Source of the DNA: an uncultured Gammaproteobacteria bacterium
Lineage (GTDB): Bacteria; Patescibacteriota; Patescibacteriia; UBA10025; JAHIVO01
Assembly (NCBI GenBank): GCA_964415025.1
Contig: CAYPXF010000004.1
Span: 9,138 to 73,137 of the forward strand
DNA: 64,000 nucleotides
Reading direction: 5' to 3'
Part shown: positions 57,092-64,000 of the stretch, in pieces
Position numbering within the stretch: the first letter of the stretch is position 1
How the letters are laid out: each line of letters starts with the position of its first letter
The notes under the pieces: model-generated
Told to the model about the DNA's origin: nothing
Databases searched by the model: none
Seen by the model: the letters and a program-made list of their open reading frames with translations, nothing else
Translations under genes and position numbers: made by a program

Positions 57092-57213
57092 TATAGTATC
57101 GTAATAGTGAGGACTGCCGCTCAAACAAAAAATAAATTTGTTTCAATGGCTCGAGAGGAGTCGCTGTGTCCGCCTTTGGCTACGCCGCAGGCACAGCAGG
57201 CGGGGGCGGGCTA

Positions 57214-57278
57214 ACTCCCGACGTTCCGACATACGTCGGGAGTCGGGATCCCGATTTCGCTTTTGGCGAACATCGGGA
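57214..57278. repeat. Two adjacent GC-rich palindromes (REP-like)
   Basis: ACTCCCGACGT-N8-ACGTCGGGAGT (57214-57243) and TCCCGAT...ATCGGGA (57249-57278). Confidence 0.75.
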
Positions 57279-57284
57279 CTACCG

Positions 57285-57521
57285 TTCACTATTTTGTAAA
57301 TTATTTTTTTATTCTTCTTGGCTTTTAAAAAACGTTCCCTTTTATAGGCCGACTGAATATCCGGATATTCCTCTATACCTACTAATTTCCAGGGACGCCA
57401 TGGCTTTGTTGATTTAGAAAAAGCCTTGATTGTGTTCCCAGAAACGTTTCTGAACGCGACTGCTCGTACCTATATAATACCGCTCATCTTTTTCGCTTTG
57501 TAAAAAATATACAGCATGCAT
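57285..57521 (-). pseudogene. GIY-YIG nuclease (UPF0213-like) pseudogene
   Basis: MHAVYFLQSEKDERYYIGTSSRVQKRFWEHNQGF, then one extra base in a T-run, then SKSTKPWRPWKLVGIEEY...AYKRERFLK; the 3' end is approximate. Confidence 0.85.
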
Positions 57522-57530
57522 AGTATTAAA

Positions 57531-57604
57531 TGGGCTCGAGAGGAGTCGAACCTCTGACCTCTACCGTGTCGAGGTAGCGCTCTAACCAACTGAGCTACGA
57601 GCCC
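57531..57604 (-). tRNA. tRNA-Val(GAC)
   Basis: GGGCTCG...CTACC-TCGACAC-GGTAG...TTCGACT...CGAGCCC-A; CCA not encoded. Confidence 0.92.
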
Positions 57605-57754
57605 GTGCAATATTTTTAAAAACCGACAGCTCTATGGACCGCTTCGCCTGTTGCCAAGAACTTTCTGGTGGGGACGAGAGGAGTCGCTGTTTCCGCCTTT
57701 GGCTACGCCGCAGGCGTGCCGGGCGGGCTAGCTTCACCCCGCCCCTTCTCTCCA

Positions 57755-57828
<74 letters not shown>

Positions 57829-58041
57829 AGAGAAGGGGCGGGGCAAGACTAATCTAATCACCCTCAAATCAACTAATCAACTGAAAAGGTACGCGGGTAG
57901 GATTGAGCCGCACAGCCATGCAACAGATGCGAGTAAGATGTTATAAAACAAGAGAATTAGAGGTATTATATCACAAAATGAGCAAAAATCAAGCACCCCT
58001 ACGGCAAGCCCTGACCGCATAACGCCAATCATAAAGCAATA

Positions 58042-60477
58042 TTAAACCTGTTTCTTTTTCTTGGATTTGCTCTTTTTTGTTGTTGCTTTTTTGGACTGCT
58101 TTTCCTGCTCTTTGGCTGATGCTTGGTTCTGCTCAATCAGCGGAGGCGGCCTAAAAACATCTGCGGATGAAGTCGGCGGTGGCGTGCTTGGTTTTGGCCG
58201 CTCTGGTGCCGGCGGTTCGGTATTAGCTCCGGTATTAATTGATTCCAGCCTGATATCCACATCCTTTTCCGTGGCTGGCGGCAGTTCAGCTTTGCGGCGG
58301 GGTTTAAGATCGGCAGTAAACCGGATATAGCCTTTTTGTTTACTTACTTTGACCGGCTTACTCTGGAATGGCTGATAACCGTTCTTAATAATCACGAGGT
58401 AGTATCTGCCCGATGACAATAAACCGTTAAACTGACCTTTTGTATTCGTAACCCGGGTCCACATCAGCCGGCTGGTATCGGCATTGTAGATACGGACCAC
58501 CGCCTGTTCTACTGGTTTGCCAGTCTCCTGATCCCTGACCAGGCCCCAGGATCTACCAAGCTTGCGCGAGGAAATAAAGTGGAACAAAATCAGGAATCCA
58601 TACAGTCCTAGGATCAGACCGTTAGCAGTAGTCGGCTTGAGGATGAGCGTGGCCCAGCTAAGTACAGTACCGGCAATGAGAAAAGGAATATTTAGTTTTT
58701 CCACGATATTGCCGAGAAGATTAACAGTACGCAGCCACCGCACTCGATCCTGCGGCACTGACTTGGTGTCCGGGTCGATCGGGATATTGGCTGATACTAA
58801 TCCTTCTTTTTCTTCTTTGATTTCAAACGTGTCACCGCGGTAGATATTTGGATATTTCGTAATCGCGGCCGTGGTCATAATCTTCGAGGGGAAGCTATAT
58901 CCCGGATGCTTGACCGTGATATAGTACACGCCTTTTTCTACCAAAAATCCGAACCGCCCGCCCTTATCAGTAATACTGCTGGACTTCAGCTTATTAAACT
59001 CCCGGGAAAAAATCCGTACGACTGCTCGGCTCACCGGCTCGCCGGTGATACTGTCAAAGACTGTACCCCAGGGTTTGCGTTTCTTGCTCAAAGATATCGG
59101 CACCAGCCAGAAATACCCGAACCGGAATAATAAATACGCCAGATGCGGAATCTGCGTCGAGCCAGATGCTGAAGAAGCTATACCGGCTGCCACGACTATC
59201 GCACTGGTCGTAACGACTGGTTCAGCTACGTCGTCAACAACTCTTTTGGCTGTCTTATTTTCACGGACTTTTTTTACTGTTTCGCCAATCTGGCGTGCCA
59301 CGTTTTTAATCGGCTCCGGTGCCAGTTTATCAAACTGCTCGGATATCCGGTCCGATAAATTCTTTTTCTCCTCTTCAGTTGCTTCCTCATCCGCGTCTGT
59401 ATCAGCGGGAAGCGGCTCACCAGGCGAATAGACGGTAAAGCTGTTTTCCGCTTGAGTGACATTATCGGCCTGGTCATATGCTTTGGCAATGACAGAGTGA
59501 CGGCCGAGTGGCAGCTCGGGTAAGGTATACGGCGTGGTTTCTCCGACGTCAAGCCCGACCGCGCTGCCGCTATCAACGATTACATCATAATGATGAATAC
59601 CAGAGGTGGCGTCAGTAGTCTCAAAACTGATTTGCGGGGTTGTATCTGTCGTCCGCTTGCCATCGAGCAGGTCAATACTAAATGCCGCTGGCGGCGTTGC
59701 GTCAATGTTTACCTGATAATGGGCCGCCGGGCCCCAGCCATCACTGTTTTGGGCCCGCACGTGGAAATACCACGTCCCATCGCCAGTGCCGGCAAAACTA
59801 ACGCCAGCATCAGTCGTATCCCTGACTTGGTCAGGTACTGTTGCCGGCTGGTCATCATACACATAGCTGAATCCGGTTACGCCGTTTTCCCTGTTCCAGG
59901 AAAAGGCGCTGTCTGATACATTGTACCAAAGCGCTTGCTCTGGATGAGTGGTCGACGTGATGGTCGGCGCAGCTGGTAATTCAAGCTCTTCTGGTTCAGG
60001 TGCCGCGCTGATTACATATGATCCGCCGCTGGCTCCGTCAAATACATTCGTGCCAAATCCGTCATTGGCCAGTACGGTCGCGGAACCAATGTTCACATCG
60101 GCCGTTCCTGCAGCCGTACCCTGAAACGTAATGGTAATAATTGTACCGCTGCTGCCGTTATAGCCTGGATTTGGCAAGCCGCCGGCAAAAGTAACCGTGC
60201 CGGACTCGTTTGAATACGTCGGACTGACGGGCCATAAACTAAAAACTCCGTTTTGGCTGACATTGGTAACCGTCAGCAGATTGGTCGGAAACGATATGGT
60301 CGCTTGGGCTGAATTAATCGCCGTACCGCCGGAATTCACACCGACTGATACGCTAAAACTGTCACCAACAACATGGGCGCCATCTGGCGGTGCCAGATAC
60401 AGCGAAGCAGCCCCGGCCATGCCGGGTATTAATACGCAGATAACAGCTGTGAAAATAGCTATGCCGATGTTACGCAT
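58042..60477 (-). CDS. Cohesin-like + Ig-like membrane protein with two carboxypeptidase-regulatory-like domains
   Basis: Signal; VGDSFSVSV...INSAQATISFP...FAGGLP..G..ITITF...LANDGFGT; SSTHP-type Ig; TM; WG.V.D..TG.PV..AVVRI twice. Confidence 0.8.
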   Translation of the reverse strand: MRNIGIAIFTAVICVLIPGMAGAASLYLAPPDGAHVVGDSFSVSVGVNSGGTAINSAQATISFPTNLLTVTNVSQNGVFSLWPVSPTYSNESGTVTFAGGLPNPGYNGSSGTIITITFQGTAAGTADVNIGSATVLANDGFGTNVFDGASGGSYVISAAPEPEELELPAAPTITSTTHPEQALWYNVSDSAFSWNRENGVTGFSYVYDDQPATVPDQVRDTTDAGVSFAGTGDGTWYFHVRAQNSDGWGPAAHYQVNIDATPPAAFSIDLLDGKRTTDTTPQISFETTDATSGIHHYDVIVDSGSAVGLDVGETTPYTLPELPLGRHSVIAKAYDQADNVTQAENSFTVYSPGEPLPADTDADEEATEEEKKNLSDRISEQFDKLAPEPIKNVARQIGETVKKVRENKTAKRVVDDVAEPVVTTSAIVVAAGIASSASGSTQIPHLAYLLFRFGYFWLVPISLSKKRKPWGTVFDSITGEPVSRAVVRIFSREFNKLKSSSITDKGGRFGFLVEKGVYYITVKHPGYSFPSKIMTTAAITKYPNIYRGDTFEIKEEKEGLVSANIPIDPDTKSVPQDRVRWLRTVNLLGNIVEKLNIPFLIAGTVLSWATLILKPTTANGLILGLYGFLILFHFISSRKLGRSWGLVRDQETGKPVEQAVVRIYNADTSRLMWTRVTNTKGQFNGLLSSGRYYLVIIKNGYQPFQSKPVKVSKQKGYIRFTADLKPRRKAELPPATEKDVDIRLESINTGANTEPPAPERPKPSTPPPTSSADVFRPPPLIEQNQASAKEQEKQSKKATTKKSKSKKKKQV

Positions 60478-60488
60478 AGCAGCGTGTA

Positions 60489-61625
60489 TTAGTGTTTAGC
60501 ATACAAACGGAATAACAGCCATAGCAGGCACAGTATTGCCGTAAGTATTAAAATAATAAGAAAATATGTCGCTGACATGAAAAAAGGTCCGTCGTCGTCT
60601 GATCCGGCTATGACCACTGCGCGCGCACTATTACCGGCATGGTCATACGCGCGCACCACAAATCGCTTGGTCAGTGTTTGGTCAGATAGGACATAGGGAG
60701 AATCAACCGGAGAAAAAATTGTGTCATTATCTTCTACTTCATAAAAATCTATGCCTGAATCCTTATCCGTGGCAGAAAAAAGTAAAATATACTGACCAGC
60801 AAATAACGTCGGATCGCTGGTTACCCGCGTATTACTGATACGCGGCGCATCAATATCGATAAGCACCTGGCGTTTACCGATGACTTCCCATGAGGTACCA
60901 TCGGGTGATTTTGATGACAATACAAAATAATATATACCGCTTTCCAAATCCTGATACGTCACTATTCCCTCCCCAAAATCCTCGTTAGTATCAGGTAATT
61001 CGTCAGAATCCTGCGATAAAGTATAGCTGTATTGGGCATTATCATCATAGCTCCACTCTGCGGTAAACGCATCACGGGCGTACCATGTATTTTCATCCGG
61101 ATGGGTCGGTGATAAAATAGTAATTAATTTTTTATCAGCAATACTGATAACGCCCGGCTTCACGGTAAGCGGCGTAGGAGTGCCAAACCCGTCATTGAGG
61201 TGCACGCTCGAATTGTTTGTATCAAAAATGATTTCAGCGCCACCAGGGGCTTTGGCGGTAAATGTGATGGACACAACCTTGCCATCGACAACATAACTAC
61301 CGTTCGGTATGCCGCCGGCAAAACTGATAACTCCAGCCGATGGTTCGTGCGCTGGTTCCTGTGCCCAGAGCGTGAGGAAAGAGCCGGCTTTTGAAATGCT
61401 GACGACTTTTAGTAAATCTGTCGGATATTGCAGAGACCCCTGAACCGTGTTAATTACCGTATCCTCGCTGTCCAGATGTATCTCGGCCGTAAATGTCTCG
61501 CCAATATACATCTCATCATACAGCGGCTTGATCGAAAGTGTCGCCGCTGAAGCACTCATCCAAATACCTATTCCAAAAAGGCAGAGTATACTGCAGCAAA
61601 ATATTTTTATCGGCAGTAGTTTCAT
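60489..61625 (-). CDS. Cohesin-like domain surface protein with C-terminal TM
   Basis: Paralogous N-terminal domain (GETFTAEI...INTVQG.L.YP...FAGGIP...LNDGFGT), SPTHPDE..WY, DSGIDFYEV. Confidence 0.8.
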   Translation of the reverse strand: MKLLPIKIFCCSILCLFGIGIWMSASAATLSIKPLYDEMYIGETFTAEIHLDSEDTVINTVQGSLQYPTDLLKVVSISKAGSFLTLWAQEPAHEPSAGVISFAGGIPNGSYVVDGKVVSITFTAKAPGGAEIIFDTNNSSVHLNDGFGTPTPLTVKPGVISIADKKLITILSPTHPDENTWYARDAFTAEWSYDDNAQYSYTLSQDSDELPDTNEDFGEGIVTYQDLESGIYYFVLSSKSPDGTSWEVIGKRQVLIDIDAPRISNTRVTSDPTLFAGQYILLFSATDKDSGIDFYEVEDNDTIFSPVDSPYVLSDQTLTKRFVVRAYDHAGNSARAVVIAGSDDDGPFFMSATYFLIILILTAILCLLWLLFRLYAKH

Positions 61626-61628
61626 ATG

Positions 61629-62534
61629 TTATCCAGTCCAGTAATAAAGCATAATACTAAAGTCAATAATACTGACCAGACCGTCACTATTAATATCGGC
61701 CCGTTCATTAGCCGGATCAGTCTGGTTCCAGTAGAATAAGAGGATAGAAAAATCAACCAAATCTACATTACCGTCACAGTTTATATCTCCCGGGGATGCG
61801 CCATCGCACTGGTCGGGTTCGCCGCCGAACACGGTGAATTGGACCGTCTTACTGAATTCTGATACCGCGCTGTTGACCGGCTCGACAGCCTGGGCTTTGG
61901 CTTCGTAAACGTCAGCTACCAGGTCATCAGCCGCTACCACCTGGAGCCACCGTCCGTTCGTATCAGCATTGGCGATATGGACAGCGGTCCGCGTTTCTCC
62001 GGCTGCGGCTGCGCTGGCGCCGGTTGAAGTGAACGTGAGATTGACCTCGCTGTTTGGCGCGGTGGTACCGGACAGTGTGGCACTTTCACCCACACCTATT
62101 TCTGGATCATCAATCATAATAGTCGGACCTAAAAATATTCCGCTGATAGTCGTGGTTGTTCCCTCCGAAAGCGTCAACGTGAAATTTGAAACTTTACCCT
62201 CAATCCCCTGCTGGTCTATGCCCGCGATACGGAATGTATACGTGTCCGGATCTACGATTGCCTCTACCTGAAACTGGGCCTGGCTATTAGTAGTAATTAA
62301 AGAAATGACTGATCCGTCCTGGCTGATAGTTACAGTAGATGAGGGGTAGGCAATGCCACTGAAGACCACGATAGTATCCGGCTCCTCAAACGGGGGTTTT
62401 TCCGGCACTACTGCCGAAACGCTTATCTGCTGGGAGGCCTGCGCCCAGGCAAAAGAATATCCCGCGACCACAACGATCAACGGGATACTCACATATAGCA
62501 AAGTCTTCGTACAATAGAATACTATGTTAGCCAT
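61629..62534 (-). CDS. Secreted Ig-like protein with C-terminal dockerin type I-like domain
   Basis: Duplicated GDINCDGNVDLVDFSILLFYW / ADINSDGLVSIIDFSIMLYYW. Confidence 0.85.
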   Translation of the reverse strand: MANIVFYCTKTLLYVSIPLIVVVAGYSFAWAQASQQISVSAVVPEKPPFEEPDTIVVFSGIAYPSSTVTISQDGSVISLITTNSQAQFQVEAIVDPDTYTFRIAGIDQQGIEGKVSNFTLTLSEGTTTTISGIFLGPTIMIDDPEIGVGESATLSGTTAPNSEVNLTFTSTGASAAAAGETRTAVHIANADTNGRWLQVVAADDLVADVYEAKAQAVEPVNSAVSEFSKTVQFTVFGGEPDQCDGASPGDINCDGNVDLVDFSILLFYWNQTDPANERADINSDGLVSIIDFSIMLYYWTG

Positions 62535-62537
62535 CCA

Positions 62538-63545
62538 TTATTTCAATGATTGTGATTTTTTGACTATCCAAGAATTATATTTTTTAATCCCGATCACCAG
62601 TACCAGGATAACCAGCAGCACGCCGATGCCCCAGACCGAGATCATATACCAGGGCAGCACCCAGAAGCTGGTGGTGGCTGAATCAGCCACGCTGTCAGTG
62701 GAGCCCGCGGTTACAGACAGTACGGCTGTATACCGGCCAAGACTAAAATTATTTTTCTCATTTTTGTACTCCTCCCAAAAATTGCTCCAGGAATTGCCGG
62801 TTGTCTGTACTACGGCCGCCTTTTCCCAGGTAGCCTGATATTTACGGATCGTATCCGGTAGGGTGGCGCCGTTTTTAGCATTAAACTCTATGGTATCTAC
62901 TTCCTGGCCCAGCATGTTTTTAAAGGTAATAGTGCCGGCAGGCTTGAGATGTACATTGCCTGCGTTTTGGAATCTGGCATAAAGCTCGATCGGCAGTCGG
63001 GAATATACTGTCGCGCCACTCTCGGTGCCAAATTCGGCTATAGAGCCCTGCTCGATGACTTCACCATCGACGCGTGCCAGCACCAGTGTACCGACTTTTG
63101 AGGAAATATTTACCTGGCTGTCAGCCGGCGGCGACGTGCCAAAAAATACAGTCGCATAATGCCCCCCTGGATCAGCGTTTGCCGGAGTAATGATAGTCAG
63201 CGGCACTTGGTAGCGTTCACCGGGCTGGACTGTAATCGGCCCCTCCTCTATGTCCATCCAGCTGACCAGTCCCACACTGGTATCAGTGTTAAAGTCAAAT
63301 GCAGGCCGGCCTGTCTCTCCTACCGCGCCAAAGTTGACCTTTTCTGTATAGAGCTCGATCGCAGCCGCTGTTTCATTATACAGCTTGATTTCTGTATTAT
63401 AGACAGTTCCCGGCTTGAGTCCGATCTCCAGTGACGGCGGTATCAGCGTAATAGCGTGAGCCGAACCCATACCGATAAACCATAAGCCAATGGCCAGAAC
63501 CAAGCCGATAATGCAATTTCTCATTGTACGCTGATAATTAGTCAT
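62538..63545 (-). CDS. WxL-interacting-protein-like (DUF916/DUF3324-type) surface protein
   Basis: ITPANADPGGHYA, FQNAGNVHLKP.G.I, LP...R.Y, GRYTA.L, C-terminal FWV.P plus TM. Confidence 0.72.
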   Translation of the reverse strand: MTNYQRTMRNCIIGLVLAIGLWFIGMGSAHAITLIPPSLEIGLKPGTVYNTEIKLYNETAAAIELYTEKVNFGAVGETGRPAFDFNTDTSVGLVSWMDIEEGPITVQPGERYQVPLTIITPANADPGGHYATVFFGTSPPADSQVNISSKVGTLVLARVDGEVIEQGSIAEFGTESGATVYSRLPIELYARFQNAGNVHLKPAGTITFKNMLGQEVDTIEFNAKNGATLPDTIRKYQATWEKAAVVQTTGNSWSNFWEEYKNEKNNFSLGRYTAVLSVTAGSTDSVADSATTSFWVLPWYMISVWGIGVLLVILVLVIGIKKYNSWIVKKSQSLK

Positions 63546-63560
63546 GGAGTAATGATTTAT

Positions 63561-64000
63561 TTATTGCCCCGGGGTCATCTGCTCTGGTTTGCCGCGTGTC
63601 AACGCCTTGATCAGTAAAGCGATCAGAATAATCAGCACGATCAACACTACCACGGCGATAATAATACCAGTGGTAGACAATACCCAAAAACTGATGGTGG
63701 CGGTATCGGTCACCGTGCCGTCAGTCAGCTGTACTTCGGCGGTGTATTTACCGAAGCTGCTGCCAACAGAGCTCCAGCTCGATACCTCAAGCGGACGTGT
63801 GTTATCCGGCAGAATAGCTACTGCCTTATCATTGACTGTCAGACTTGCGGCATTACTGCCGAACATGTTCGTGATAGTGACTGTGCCGGTTGGTTTCAGA
63901 TGGACATCACCTGTGTTTTTGTATGTCAGGTCAAATGTAATCGGCCCTGATGTGTACATGTCCTTATTATCCGCCGTAGCAAAAGCGGTAATATCGCCGC
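63561..64000 (-). CDS. Paralog of the adjacent DUF916/DUF3324-like protein, 5'-truncated by the window edge
   Basis: YKNTGDVHLKPTG.V.I.NMFG, ILP...R, GKYTA, FWV plus TM; the frame stays open to the window end. Confidence 0.75.
   Translation of the reverse strand, partial: GDITAFATADNKDMYTSGPITFDLTYKNTGDVHLKPTGTVTITNMFGSNAASLTVNDKAVAILPDNTRPLEVSSWSSVGSSFGKYTAEVQLTDGTVTDTATISFWVLSTTGIIIAVVVLIVLIILIALLIKALTRGKPEQMTPGQ

Larger units (their letters stand above)
57152..57715. repeat. 41-bp direct repeat (57152-57192 and 57675-57715) carrying tRNA 3'-end-like tails
   Basis: CGAGAGGAGTCGCTGT(G/T)TCCGCCTTTGGCTACGCCGCAGGC, 1 mismatch between copies. Confidence 0.9.

Noticed and set aside
57152-57715. 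CRISPR array
   Set aside because: Only two copies about 520 bp apart, no regular spacers and no cas genes. No array was seen anywhere in the window.
57666-57750. Third tRNA gene ending in CCA between the two tRNA-Val
   Set aside because: Only the 3' half of the T-arm/acceptor is tRNA-like; no D-arm, anticodon arm or TTC T-loop. Treated as a relic or repeat module.

Overview
Bacterial chromosome segment, genes mostly on the minus strand, standard code 11 (prfB present; TGA terminates genes such as glnA). The gene content and protein styles (VirB2-like pilin fusions, Asn/Thr-rich linkers, cohesin/dockerin plus WxL-interacting-like cluster, few metabolic genes) suggest a Patescibacteria/CPR organism (inference). 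Housekeeping genes: recO, ileS (type 2 with a non-canonical GIHH motif), argS, smpB + tmRNA, infC-rpmI-rplT, tRNA-Asp, split comEC, glmS, prfB (programmed frameshift), glnA, htrA, nrdR, ftsZ, ftsA, dgkA, ybeY, yqeY, rpsU, HIT, hisS, lepB and two tRNA-Val. Surface and accessory content: an ECF sigma/anti-sigma module with a self-consistent promoter motif, FecR and NHL/FG-GAP surface proteins, an orphan SPFH membrane cluster, a 3151-aa pilin-anchored Ig/Cys-rich giant protein with three Ca-binding-repeat partners, and a cohesin-dockerin cluster. Mobile DNA: two REP-associated tyrosine transposases bracket comEC, one with a covarying REP doublet. Two decayed GIY-YIG nuclease genes each sit just behind a tRNA-type 3' end (tmRNA; tRNA-Val) among palindromes and duplicated tRNA 3' ends. 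Two expression grammars coexist: several core genes look leaderless, whereas orphan genes carry promoter + boxA-like + strong Shine-Dalgarno leaders, and rpsU is the only ribosomal-protein gene here with an extended SD. All family assignments come from reading motifs by eye, not from database searches.
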